The notes: generated by a model from the letters alone, not told the origin. A stretch of 52,793 nt of DNA, filler included, from Squatina squatina (GCA_031763465.1; 3 parts of 3 records of this genome joined end to end with filler, not necessarily neighbours in it); one strand, 5' to 3'; counted from the first letter of the whole stretch, positions 1 through 11,942 are shown. Program-made: numbers and translations.

Positions 1-1343
1 ATTGGTGTGTTCTGTGCTTTATTAAGTTTTTTTTTTGGACAGGCAATATAACAGTGCGGGTCACACATTTAGGACATGCGCAAAATTGGAAAACCTTGTT
101 GAAGGAAGCAAAACAATAAATCCTCTCAATAAATTGGACTTCTTCACTGCCCCCATGTTTCAAATTTTAAAAAATCTAACTTGTCTTTGATCCTGATAAC
201 CCCCACACTTGTACAGTAACACAGTTGCTTATTTTGATGGCACAGTGAACCCCCTTCAATTTTTAATGACCTCCAACCAAATGCTAATGCCAGATGCACA
301 TTCAAAATATTGAAGCCTACTATAACGCTTTGTGTCTAATCTGTGTTCATCACTACAATACGATATTTTAATGATGCTTTTTACAGTTCAGGTTACTCCA
401 TTTAAGTACGAATACAAAAAGAAATTCCTCATTCCTCCATAATTTCTGAAAAGGACTTATTTTCTTGTGAAATCTTGCACTGACTATTTTTAACTGTCTT
501 TTGACTCAATAATTTTGTAGCCATGTGCAATTAAACAATATACTGTACATGTATTACCTGTGCTATTTTCCTTTTTGTAGATGTTGAAAGTATATCTTGT
601 CTTTTACATTTTTGAATTTACTGCCCAAAAATATTTTATTGCTGCTGTCTGAATTTCCAGAACATGTATGAAAATGTTAAATTACTGCAGTCTTTTGTAA
701 CAGTGTACTCTCAATTGATATGAAAGGTTGAGAGATTTGAGTCTGTTTCAAACCATGATTTTCTATTAATGCGATACTAAAAATGCACTTCAAATAGTCA
801 TATCTTAATACTTAGGTCTAAAGCTCAAGGATTCTGTTCACTGCACTTTGATAATATTCCGTTAACAAACTGTACAATCTGTCAGCAGTTCTTTGTGGAG
901 CTGCAGTTTGCCTTTGTAGAAAGTGCTGCATTATTTTTCATAAATTTTTTTAAAAATGCGATTATGAGCTGACCGTTATTATTCTGTTGGAGATATTGTC
1001 CGATATCTGGCTGTGCTGTTAGTTCAATAGGAGACGGAGTGAATAGGACGTTACTCGTGGGGTGCATAGTGTGTAGACAGGTGCTCAATACATGGCAAGG
1101 GTGTCCAGGCCCATATTATTGGGCATGGAGGCTTGAGGCTTATCCCCCACCTAAGATGCCCAGCACACCCCAGTGCGGGCAGCAAATGTCAAGGGAGCTA
1201 GGAATCTGTGAGCAAACTGCGCACCAGACTCGTTCAGGATACAGTCGACTCATTGTTCGTCTGTTATCTATGACTTGTGTGTTTAAATACAAAATAGATT
1301 GCAACTGCATCACTAATATTCCTTCCTGTTNNNNNNNNNNCAG

Positions 1344-1529
1344 GAATGACTGGATCCAAGTGGGGCTTTGCTACCCTAAAGGCAGCACATTTAACATAAT
1401 ATCGGATATTCACAATCGCTTATCAAAAAGAACATTTAAGACTGGATCTTTCCTGAGGGCACATCAGATGGACAGCCTGGATCGTACCCACCTGGGCAGG
1501 GGCTACTATTTCTTGGATGTGGATACTGG
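1344..1529 (+). CDS. CEMIP: CEMIP (KIAA1199, cell migration-inducing hyaluronidase) internal exon, 186 nt
   Basis: Boundaries cag|G...GG|gtacgc. Translates NDWIQVGLCYPKGSTFNIISDIHNRLSKRTFKTGSFLRAHQMDSLDRTHLGRGYYFLDVDTG, matching recalled human CEMIP GDWIRVGLCYPRGTTFSILSDVHNRLLK...YYWDEDSG. Confidence 0.93.
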
Positions 1530-1868
1530 GTACGCCCATCATACTTATAATTAAAATGGTCACATGTTGCTTGCTGCCTTCATATTACAATTGGGAATAT
1601 TTCTGGTAGAAAGGAAACTGCAGGTAATNNNNNNNNNNNNNNNNNNNNNNNNNNNNNNNNNNNNNNNNNNNNNNNNNNNNNNNNNNNNNNNNNNNNNNNN
1701 NNNNNNNNNNNNNNNNNNNNNNNNNNNNNNNNNNNNNNNNNNNNNNNNNNNNNNNNNNNNNCAGCTTTCTTCTGTTAGAAAATGTGTTTTATTTATTCCA
1801 ATGCTAACTTGCAGTCCTAAAGCTGCTGCCGTTGACATATTAACGGATTTCTCTCTTGCTCCCGAAAG

Positions 1869-2073
1869 GCTGCTGTTCCTGAAAGTGAAAGCCCACAAAG
1901 ACCGAGAGCAGTTTGCTTTCTGCTCAACAAGAGGCTGTGAGAGAATAAAGATCAAAGCTTCCATTCCAGCGAACAGCAGGGTCAGTGACTGTGCAATGAA
2001 AGCGTACCCCAAGTACAGTCAGATGCCAACTGTCGATGTGCCAATGCCACAGAGATTGCCCACGGCACAACTG
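1869..2073 (+). CDS. CEMIP: CEMIP internal exon, 205 nt
   Basis: Boundaries aag|G...CTG|gtaaat, phase-compatible with the previous exon. LLFLKVKAHKDREQFAFCSTRGCERIKIKASIPANSRVSDCAMKAYPKYSQMPTVDVPMPQRLPTAQL matches recalled CEMIP LLFLKLKAQNEREKFAFCSMKGCERIKIKA...VDVPMPKKL. Confidence 0.94.
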
Positions 2074-2519
2074 GTAAATTGCTTTTCTCAACTCTGATCT
2101 CCGTCATATTAGTAAACCCCCTTTCCCCCGCAAATTACTGCAAACGGTGAGAGTGAGGAGGCCTCCTAATGTTCTGTCTGGGTTGTGTTATCTCGCCCAC
2201 TGCGCGGGCACATCAGAAAATTACAGGAAACATGAGCTGGTGGCTGGACACAGGCATGCTGGACGTGGGATCAATTTCAACTGTTCCCGCTCGGCGGTAA
2301 ACATGTGGCAGTGAGTCGATCGCCCGTTTTACACCCGCCCGATTTTCCTCTCTGGCAGGAACAGTTAGGATCGATTCCAAAGATTCAGCAATGGGTTTGT
2401 TCCATATCCTACACTGTTCTGAAATAGGGTAAGATGTGAAGGTAGAGCCTTGAACTGGGGCTTACACACGGAGATTATAGATATTGACTTTGCCAGTATT
2501 TGTTTTATCTTCAAATCTC

Positions 2520-2699
2520 TCCCACCCTCTGTCTCTCGCCCTCCTTCTATCTCCTAACCTTTCTCTCTCTCTCTCTCTCGCTCCCCCTCTGTCTCTCTCT
2601 CTCTCTCTCACGCTCCCCCTCTGTCTGTCTGTCTGTCTCTCCCCCTCTGTCTGTACTCTTTCCCCCCCCCTCTGTCTGTGTCTCTCTCTCTCTCGCTCT
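2520..2699. repeat. (CT)n/(TCTG)n compound microsatellite running into a gap
   Basis: Directly visible pyrimidine-rich simple repeat. Confidence 0.9.
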
Positions 2700-2799
2700 N
2701 NNNNNNNNNNNNNNNNNNNNNNNNNNNNNNNNNNNNNNNNNNNNNNNNNNNNNNNNNNNNNNNNNNNNNNNNNNNNNNNNNNNNNNNNNNNNNNNNNNN

Positions 2800-2990
2800 A
2801 CCTTCCCTTTTGTTCTTTCCTCCCCCTCCCCCCTTTCCCTGCCCCTGCACTTGCTTAAAAACCTGCTACATTTCTACCTTTTTCTAGTTCTGACGAAGGG
2901 CCATCGACCTGAAACGTTAACTCTGTTTCTCTCTCCACAGAAGCTGCCTGACCTGTTGAGTATTTCCAGCATCTTCTTGTTTTTATTCTC
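2800..2990 (+). mobile_element. Penelope-like element terminal (pseudo-LTR) fragment in a CEMIP intron
   Basis: Reverse-complement match to the 12231-12400 segment, which adjoins a Penelope GIY-YIG ORF end. Contains a hammerhead motif. Confidence 0.8.
2886..2922 (+). ncRNA. Minimal type-I hammerhead ribozyme motif (Penelope-associated)
   Basis: AGUU (stem I) - CUGACGA core - A - GGGCC/AUC/GACCU (imperfect stem II) - GAAA - CG - U - U - AACU (stem I'). Palindromic ACGU replaces stem III. Confidence 0.7.
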
Positions 2991-3082
2991 TGTTTCTGGC
3001 ATTGCACCATATCCGTACATTAGCTGCTGCTAAGAACCTTTGCAACTTATAATTTTACAGCTGTTTCTCTCCTTTATTTCAG

Positions 3083-3210
3083 ATAAGCTGGTGTTCGTGG
3101 GATTTAAAGGAAGCTTCAAGCCTGAGTGGGTAAAATTTGTAGTTGGTGAAGATGCAGCAAAACTTCACCAGGTGCTCCCGATCCCCGTCATAAACAAGTT
3201 GAAACTATGA
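3083..3210 (+). CDS. CEMIP: CEMIP terminal coding exon with TGA stop
   Basis: Acceptor ttttatttc-like pyrimidine tract then ag|AT. KLVFVGFKGSFKPEWVKFVVGEDAAKLHQVLPIPVINKLKL* matches the recalled CEMIP C-terminus FVGFKGSFRPIWV...QVVPIPVVKKKKL. The intervening exons are missing, presumably in the 2700-2799 gap. Confidence 0.92.
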
Positions 3211-3684
3211 GGGATCCCAGCCTGCAGCACTGACCAAGTACAGGTCGAGCTATCGAGGGTTAATCTTGGAATTACTACTGATTTTTAGATGCCGTTTGTA
3301 GGAAAGTGGCTAAAGCTGCGAAGATATTGCAGTAGAGCAGCGCATTTACCATTGTGTTTATTTGTCTGACAACAAGGCTTGTTTCCAAAGCTGATACTAT
3401 TTGTAGACTGTACTTGACACAACATTCCGTACTTTATCTCAAACCTTTCCTTGCTCCCGAAATAGCTGGTCCTTTTTCGGATGTCCTCTTCTTCCCGTGT
3501 TTTGTATGTTGAGGTGTTTTTGACCTGTCGACCTCTCAAAAGATTTATTTTCTGTTGTACGTATGTTTGTATTTATTTATTTTTGGTGGATCTCCTATGT
3601 CATTGTTCACTGTACTCCGGAACCTGGCGTGCAATTTCTGAGGGTTATTAGAGTCCCATGGCAAACAAAGCACAGCAGCAGTTT

Positions 3685-3932
3685 GTAATTACTGAAATAC
3701 TGCAGGATATTCCACTGTAATTACTGAAGCACTGCCGGAGATGCAACAATAATTACTGACGCACTTCAGGAGATTCCACTGTAATTACTGACACACTGCA
3801 GGAGATTCCACTGTAACTGCTGGCACGCTGCAGGAGATTCCACTATAAATATTGACGCACTGCAGGAGATTCCACTCTAATTACTGACACACTGCAGGAG
3901 ATTCCACTGTAATTACTGACACATTGCAGGAG
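3685..3932 (+). repeat. 32-bp minisatellite, about 8 units, truncated by a gap
   Basis: Consensus GTAATTACTGACACACTGCAGGAGATTCCACT. Unit starts at 3685, 3717, 3749, 3781, 3813, 3845, 3877 and 3909. Confidence 0.95.
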
Positions 3933-6078
3933 NNNNNNNNNNNNNNNNNNNNNNNNNNNNNNNNNNNNNNNNNNNNNNNNNNNNNNNNNNNNNNNNNNNN
4001 NNNNNNNNNNNNNNNNNNNNNNNNNNNNNNNNACGCATTGTCTGTTTTAGATTGACAGGGGGCTGCAGTTTTTTCACACCTGCTTGTCCCAATCTGCAGT
4101 TTTGTACTCTTGGTTGTCCTGTCTTCCATTTTGTGTTACTGGCCTGCCCAACATTCTCCATTTTGTACTGAATTCTACATCTCTATCCAAGCTAATATAT
4201 TATCCCAAAGTCATGAGCTCTTATCTTGTGCAGTAACCTTTTATGTGGCACCTTATCGAATGCCTTTTGGCCATCCAAATACACTACATCTACTGGTTCC
4301 CCCTTATCCACCATTGTTCAGATGATCTGCAGCTACAGTAACACCTGCTTTCCGAGAAATGTCAACCAATTCTGTGATGCAAATCAAGTCCTGGATTTCC
4401 GCAGCATGCCCAAGGTCATGGCTTCTGCGTTTTAATAGACCATTTTAGTTTTGGTCCTCTGCTATCACAGCCACAATCAATTGTGCATGCGTTTCTACCT
4501 TCAGTAGTGGTTAAACCCATTATACATCACTAATAACTATAGTGTTTCAACAGGTTTGTAAAAATGCACAAAATAAAAAAGTGACAAGCAGTGAAACAGC
4601 CCGAGACTCAACCTTTCCTGGGGTTCGTGATACCAATATTGCTCTATAGGACACACGAAGCGGCCATGACTAATAGAATGACAGATCAAAAAATGTTGTT
4701 CCAGATGAGGTTTCTTTCTCCACATCCGTTCACTTCCTGCCACAGAACTGCACCAAGGTGGGACCTTAACTCAAGTTTAGTGAAGGATGCAAAAAAAATT
4801 GAATTACATTCTTACATTTACCCTACTAAAAAGACTGTTTCACAGTCTCCGGTTTATAACTTATACGGGTTAGGTGTTGGAGCAGATGCAGCTATTTACA
4901 CAGGTAAGAGGAATTTGTTAGTTTAGATTGAAGCCTTTTAATTTTTCCCCTTTTGGTAGCTGGATAGCTCAGGACATTGTCCCACTTGTGAAGATAGAAC
5001 AGTTGTCATCTGCATTATGTGCTTAGAACATAGAAAACAATTCAGGATACATCTTGCAGCGGTGCATCTGGTCATGACAACATAATAAATCAGCTGCAGA
5101 AACACCGCCTCATTTAAGTGAGTGAGGTTTTATCATTAAATTTCAGTACAGCAATACTTCCAAGCATTTTAAAAGCATCATCATAGTGGTTGCTACAGCG
5201 AGAGCAGGATGTCAGACAACACATCTGAAGTTCGAGGCAACTGCATGGCGTCAGCTTGTTCTGACTATTATACAGATGAGGTTCTGTGGTTGCTTCATTC
5301 TATAGAGACCGTAGTTTACCAAGTACATCGTTTAACAGCTCAGGAAAGTGGTGTATAAATTTATGAGCAATATTCTTTGAAAAATCTGATATTACTTTGA
5401 AAAAACTGAAATGCTTTTTTCTCCTCACGTAAAAAATTTACATCTGCAAGACTGAAATGTACCATGGATTGTGGCTACAGTGCAGATCAGAAGTAGCCAA
5501 TTCTACTGCGTGTCAATACGAAGGCTGATGACGAGTGAAGACATTACAATAACATACATGAATGCAGTACAGAAAGGACAATAGAGGAACGGCATTTTCA
5601 ATCATTTCACTTTGAAGTTAGAAACATATGTTGTGTTAGTCACTACTGAAAGAGCATCAATAGAAAATAATAGCCTGTATGTCAAAAGAGTACTTCAATT
5701 ACAAAAAAGGAACTTGGATTTATATTGAAGTGTAAAATAGAACAAAATGAAGAGAAATCCCATTCAGTGTCGAGGCGTAAGGTACAGGCAGCAAACGTGG
5801 TTTAAAGTCTACTGACTGCACCTTCAGCGACTTCCATTTTTACCTTTTTGAAAGGCTGAAAGTCACTGGAAAACGGGATGTAGTGCCTTCACATTAGGAA
5901 TGAAGGTTGGGAGGAGTTCACACTGCAGCTTCCCCTCCAGAAACTCTGACAATGAGCTGTATAATCCAGCCTCACAGATTCAGTAATAGCTCCATCTGAA
6001 CATCAAAAGGCAAGCTATCCGATACAAAAGAAAATTTTGTTTCAAGTATGTGTTTGTTCACCACCTAACTCAATTGTG

Positions 6079-6307
6079 TCATAGCTCGTTTTTGTTTGCT
6101 CGGTTGGTTTTCTGCGAAGCTGCTGCAGCTTTTTTCTTTTCAGGCTTGATTTCATTTTTCTTTTTCTCTGCTCCTTTTCCAGGATACGTCTGCCCTTCAA
6201 CAGTAACGTCTGCACAGCGGTCCTGATTGGTCAGGAAGTCTTTAATCTCCCAAGCGTAGCTTCCATCACGCAGCATGAATATGGCACGATCAGAACCAAC
6301 AACAAAT
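6079..6307 (-). CDS. MESD: MESD (LRP chaperone) terminal coding exon
   Basis: Acceptor ttccctag|A. FVVGSDRAIFMLRDGSYAWEIKDFLTNQDRCADVTVEGQTYPGKG...NKNEL* matches MESD and ends in a KDEL-like signal. Confidence 0.96.
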
Positions 6308-7066
6308 CTAGGGAAGGAAACAAAAAGAGGTGGATTATCCGCAAATTTAAGATAAATACCCAACAAAACAAATGTGGCCATATCCAGANNNNNNNNNNNN
6401 NNNNNNNNNNNNNNNNNNNNNNNNNNNNNNNNNNNNNNNNNNNNNNNNNNNNNNNNNNNNNNNNNNNNNNNNNNNNNNNNNNNNNNNNTCCCATCAAACA
6501 CTCCGAGGGCAGTTACAAGAGGTTCGATACTGAGCAAATCTCCCTCCTATTTTGTCTGAACAATGTGCCTGTTACAGTTTGGGCGTTTTCAACATTATTT
6601 TAATTGCCCTGCTTTTCTTCCGCCTGCAATTTGCTCCCCTCAATGTAATTACCCGCACTGGGATACAGATCCAAAAATACTAGCCGACCCCCCCATTACC
6701 TCATGTAAGAAGCAATTGTTCACATGCAAGCATAGACAGCAAGGTCAGTTGGCTATTCAACCAAGAAGGTTATCACGCAGGAAGCCTAATCTGTCTACAC
6801 TTTTCAGCTGGGATCACTGACTAGGTGATTAGACTGAACAGACCCTGCTTCATTTGTCAGTTCAAGGGCAGAGACCAGTTTCAAAGCTCCCACGTGCACC
6901 CGGATATCAGCTAGCTCAGCAGACAGGAGATCCTTTCCCATCTATTGGGCTATGAAACACATTTGCCAATATTGCTGCATAAACATCCTAAAATAAAGCT
7001 TCAGAATTAGTTTTGTCCACCCACAAGTTATCCATAGCTTTATAACCACAATGATCAGACACTTAC

Positions 7067-7299
7067 CTCTGTACATCATAATTTGCATTGTACAGACCAC
7101 CCTGCCAAAGACTGGTAATCTCCTCGGTGTCCTTCTCAGTGGGATGCCCAGACACAGTTACAAATACCATTAACGTCTTGCCTTTCTTGGTTAGCTTCAG
7201 AAGGCTTTCAGGATTACTGGCATCAACTTTGGAAAAGTCTATTGGTGGAGAAGTTCTCTTGTGTTCTGGTAGATCCCCTTCTTCTATATCATCATCTTT
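7067..7299 (-). CDS. MESD: MESD exon 2, 233 nt
   Basis: Boundaries tatag|AAA...AG|gtaagt. Translates KDDDIEEGDLPEHKRTSPPIDFSKVDASNPESLLKLTKKGKTLMVFVTVSGHPTEKDTEEITSLWQGGLYNANYDVQR. Phase 2 matches the next exon. This frame is absent from the ORF track. Confidence 0.96.
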
Positions 7300-8947
7300 C
7301 TATATAAAAGATAAAACAATACAAATTTCTGCTGAAGAATAAATGATCATTTTGTTAAGTGGTCTTCTGTGTTCCTTGGTTGTTGCAGATTTAGATAAAT
7401 CTGAACTCTACACCATGGGCTCTCATCAGGGAGGCCTGCCAGTTGGTTTGTCCCATCAATATACATGGCATAATCATCAATAGTCTTCCCTGTATATTGA
7501 GACAAGGGGGAAGAGTCTCGGTAAGTTTTTTTTAAAAATCCAGCTCTATTGGCTTCCACGTTCATAATNNNNNNNNNNNNNNNNNNNNNNNNNNNNNNNN
7601 NNNNNNNNNNNNNNNNNNNNNNNNNNNNNNNNNNNNNNNNNNNNNNNNNNNNNNNNNNNNNNNNNNNNTTTCAGAAGTATCCAGTTCAGTCTGTTGTTGG
7701 AAATGATGTGACATGTTGACTTGGCAGCTGTGCTACTTTATTCCCCCCAAGAGTTTAATAGAAATGAGATCCCAAGCATGACATTTCCCGGCAAATGATT
7801 TCTGAATTCGCCTCCTTCGATGTGTATGCACCACACTGCGATTGTTATAACCAAATGTGTGCATTCTGACCTCTACACTCTGCATTGCTATCATGTCACA
7901 GTGTTTATACAATCCAAAGAAACTCTATTTTTTTCCAAGCTCACCTCCCTGCTCTATCCATGTCCTGTTGGGCATAATTGATGGATAGTCATTCGCGAGT
8001 TTACACGTAGAGAGTTTTCTCACCCTTCCTTAGTTGTTTCCATCTGCCAAGTCCCAGTCACGATTTCCCCACCCTACTCCTGATTGTGTTTTGATATTTT
8101 CCACCAGTCAGTTGACATTGCTCCTGTAAAGGTTAAATGACGATTTTCCCAAATTTCAGGGAGCTTGTTGAATTCCAGGAGTGATAAAAAAATCTTCTAC
8201 TGGACAAGGATCAAAAATGTCTTTGAAACCTAGGTTTTTACAAGACAGCACAGTGAGGCATATAAACTATACGACTTCTTTAAGTGACACTTTGATTAAC
8301 GTTACTGTGGCTCACATTCAAGTTTGCATACAATAAAAATTCAGGGGTGCTTTAAGGGGAAATAGTTCAGTGAGGGGAGACTGGCCTGGGAGGGGAGGGA
8401 AGGCTTGAACTGTAGCAACTTTGACATTACTGTGAAGGGTGGACTCCATGGATCAAACACTCCTTCCTTTCCATATTCGTGTTCTGAACAGTGAAGTTTT
8501 ACTTGAGAGAGATGTTCTTTCTGCAAATTCCTTCCCTTTTACATTTAAATATTTCATTTCCTTTTGGCCTAATTTTAGACATGCTCTGTGATTTTCTCCC
8601 CAATATGATCTCGACATTCAGAAGCACGCTCCTTTTTTTGACACTGTTTGTAAAAGTGACTCTGCCACATATCCACCTCAGGGTTGTTTTCCATTCACCT
8701 CTTCTTTTTAATATTTATTTTATTGTGTTGTCAATTTTCTACCCCTCCTCACTCTTTCACAGGGGCTGGTGGCCCTCCAGTACCTTGTCGAAGTTGGCCA
8801 AGTGTGGANNNNNNNNNNNNNNNNNNNNNNNNNNNNNNNNNNNNNNNNNNNNNNNNNNNNNNNNNNNNNNNNNNNNNNNNNNNNNNNNNNNNNNNNNNNN
8901 NNNNNNNNCACTCAACTGTGCATGTTCAATCCCGGCGAAGAACGCAC

Positions 8948-8959
8948 TGCGCATGCGTA
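8948..8959. promoter_or_regulatory. NRF1-like site, possible MESD promoter element
   Basis: TGCGCATGCGTA is 11/12 to YGCGCAYGCGCR. It sits in a short CpG-rich patch at a gap edge upstream of MESD, whose exon 1 is missing. Confidence 0.4.
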
Positions 8960-9827
8960 GACTGATTGTTCTGGTCTGCCACTATTCAGATTTGGTCATC
9001 CTAATCATAAATAACCAGTATGTAAAAGGATTTACAGCCAGTTGTTAAGCAGATACAGTTTATAAGATCATCATAGCAACAGTGTACAGAATAGGAAACA
9101 AAGCTGGGTATGACTATACTGGATTTTCACGGGCGTTGTACCTACGAACCTAAAAATGGTGAGAGAAGTTTGTAAGCTGCTTGATCAAAATTCAATTTAT
9201 TTTTTACAGAAGTTAGAAACAGAGGTCAGTACATTTGCACTAACTGTTGGGAGGCTTTTTAATGGTTGTTTTTCTTACGTGCTCACCTCGTGTGAAGAGG
9301 GAGCACTCTCTATCACCGGAGGTTCCTCAGGGTAACTACTGAGGCTTAACAGCTCTGCCCAGCGGCCTGTTTACCAAGGATGTTTCTGCCCATTTTAGCT
9401 GAGGTGTGGTTCACTTCCTCAGCAGATGCAGAACTGAGCTGCAGTCTGCCTTGCATCCTGCCTGATCTGAGCATGCTCAAACCCTGCAGGCATTTCTTTT
9501 TTTTTATTGAAAAAAAAGCATAATGACACACCAAAAAAAGAATTTTCTAAAAATAAATTCAGAAGCCAAAGTTAAAATGCAGAGGACCTATCAAAGCAAT
9601 CCGGGCTCTTTATGCGAACAGCTCATTCTTAACCTTAACGTATTAGAGGTTACAGAGAGTTCCTTAAACTGAGCAAAACCTGGTTTCTGTTTAAATAGCG
9701 TAGTTAAGAGGCTGCTAAAATCATACAGGGTAATGCAATAAAACACGGAAGTGCGGGGATGTGGCCCTGAGAAGCACATGGCCTGTGAGGCAGGTTTTTA
9801 GTCACCTAAATTACTTTATTTTCATTT

Positions 9828-9921
9828 AATCTAGGCTGACACTCCAGTGCTGTGTTGGGGGAGTGCTGTGCTATTGGAGGGGCCGTCTTTCGGATGAGAT
9901 GTTGAACTGAGGCCCCGTCTT
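9828..9921 (+). mobile_element. Deu-domain SINE fragment (SacSINE1-like)
   Basis: Shares cactccagtgc...gtctttcggatgagatgtt with the longer copy at 24631-25050. Confidence 0.8.
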
Positions 9922-9924
9922 TCT

Positions 9925-10045
9925 TCAAAAGCAAATCACAGTGGATGCTGGAATCTGAGAGAAAATGCTGGAAATACTCAGCAGGTCGGGCAGCATCTGT
10001 GGTGAGAGAAACAAAGTTAACGTTTCAGGTCGATGGCCCTTCGTC
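9925..10045 (-). mobile_element. Penelope-like terminal fragment with a hammerhead motif cut by the gap
   Basis: Near-identical reverse complement of 2892-2985. On the minus strand it reads GACGA AGGGCCATCGACCT GAAACGTT AACT. Confidence 0.8.
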
Positions 10046-10145
10046 NNNNNNNNNNNNNNNNNNNNNNNNNNNNNNNNNNNNNNNNNNNNNNNNNNNNNNN
10101 NNNNNNNNNNNNNNNNNNNNNNNNNNNNNNNNNNNNNNNNNNNNN

Positions 10146-10290
10146 TGAATCACTTAGACACTCACACACACACACTGACTCACAGAGGCACTGACACAAC
10201 CACTTACTGACCGTCACATTGACACACACACATTGATTCACAAAGACCCTCACTGACAGAGACACTGGCAGGCTGACTGAATCACACCTC
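10146..10290. repeat. Degenerate CA-rich microsatellite
   Basis: Visible cacacac/cactgac repeats. Confidence 0.7.
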
Positions 10291-11420
10291 TGTGCTGGGT
10301 CTGTTTGCTTTGGGCTGTCTTTCTATGCTGTAATTCGCAGCAGGCGTACTACTACATAGGGTTTATTCAGAAACATCTGCCCAGAAGTGTTTTAGCGAAC
10401 TCTATGAAAGGCATTATTTACTTTTGTCAAGCAAGCCCAGTCGATGAGAGTGTTTCAAATTCCCAGATGAATGATTCTCCTTATGAGACAGCAACGTAGG
10501 TGAGCTTTTTATAATTCCTTCGACACGCAACACAAAGTTTCAGATTATACCGAGAATGTTCACCAACTTTTCCTGATCTGACAATACAGAGTTAAAGCAT
10601 TTGATATTTTGGAGTCAGTTATACGTCAGTGAAAGTCCCAGGGAGAGGCTGTGGTCTCTCGTTCGTTTATGTCGTAGAAACAGGGCCACAATTCAGCCCA
10701 GGCACTGTAAAATAACAGAGTTCTTTCATACCCAGTCACTAAGGGCGGTAATTGGAACAGCCCAATCTAAATCATACAAGACCTCTGACTAGGAAAAAAA
10801 ACCTCAATTTCTGTTCAGGCGTGAGACTGGCTTTCTGCAACCATCACTCTTAACTGGAGTTTGGCCAGAGGAAAGCAAGCTCAGATCTGCTGCAACGGGG
10901 GCCAAACAGAAGCAGGAGAGGAATTGCTGCTGATGGTCGATGAAAGCATCCAAACGATGGTAAAGAGAGATGCTGGTTAAGTTCAAGTCCTGCGAGGGTA
11001 AGTCATTTCTCAATGTTCTTCCACAATATTTACTGCCAACCTATTTGTTTTGGAAACCGAATGAATGGAATTGGTTTATTGTACCCGTAATGCGCAGCTC
11101 ACACAACCCTGAAATATTAAACTGTATAAATCTGGTGTGAATGGCAGGGTTACGGATCCAAAAAGCAGCAGGATCGGACTGGGTCAAACAGGCTGATTTC
11201 AAAGTCCGGTCTCTTCTAACAGCCCCCTGTATAAAGGTACAGAGTCAGAAACAGGAGCAAAGGTTGCACTGAGCACTTGCCTGATTCTTTTAACTGTCTC
11301 TCTGAGAATCTTTTTTTAATGCGCTTTTACTATGAAAATTGAATATAATGCTAATTTTTCGATATAATGCGTTTCACTCTTTCGTTCTCTCCGCCTGCAA
11401 CTTTTTCTGCTTCTCTTCCT

Positions 11421-11720
11421 TCTTTCGGATGAGATGTTAAATCGAGGCTCCGTCTACCTGTTCAGGCAGGTGTAGAAAATCCCACGGCACGTTTCTGAAG
11501 AGGAGGGAGCTCTCCCGGTGCCCCGGCCAACATTCATCCCTCAACCAATACCGCCAGAAACAGATTGGCCAGTCATTCATTCATTGCTATTTGTGGGAAT
11601 TTTCTGTGAATGAATTAGCAGCTACATTTGCATGTTTAACAGTAACTGTACTTCAAAATTACTTCATTGGCTGTGAAGCACTTTGGGATGTCACATGAAC
11701 GGCACTGTGGAAAGCCAAGG
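11421..11720 (+). mobile_element. Deu-domain SINE, 5'-truncated
   Basis: tctttcggatgagatgttaaatcgagg...ttcattggctgtgaagcactttgggatg is colinear with 24727-25020. Confidence 0.85.
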
Positions 11721-11871
11721 CTCCTTATCTCTTTACTCCTGATGCAGTGCCTTTAATCTGGGATGCTGAGGCTAACTGTATTGTCCCTGCCTCCATAGCT
11801 AATTCAGTACAGACCAATTATCAAACTGGGAAATTGCATAGTCCAGGGATCCATCCAGGGTTCTCTATGAT

Positions 11872-11942
11872 CGGTTGTAAAGCACTTTGGGACTTTTTAA
11901 GCTCGTGAAAGGCGCTACATAAATGCATCTTTCTTTTCTTTT
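11872..11942 (+). mobile_element. SINE 3' tail fragment
   Basis: gtaaagcactttgggac...gtgaaaggcgctacataaatgc followed by a TTTC tail. Confidence 0.75.

Noticed and set aside
2074-3082. Loss of CEMIP exons between the second and terminal exon
   Set aside because: The phases are incompatible (0 vs 1) and an unsized gap intervenes, so the exons are unassembled rather than lost.
3685-3932. 32-bp repeats as a CRISPR array
   Set aside because: Units are head-to-tail with no unique spacers, there are no cas genes, and the context is vertebrate.
9287-9484. Minus-strand exon candidate as MESD exon 1
   Set aside because: All frames are closed, there is no similarity to the MESD N-terminus, and the acceptor tract is purine-rich.
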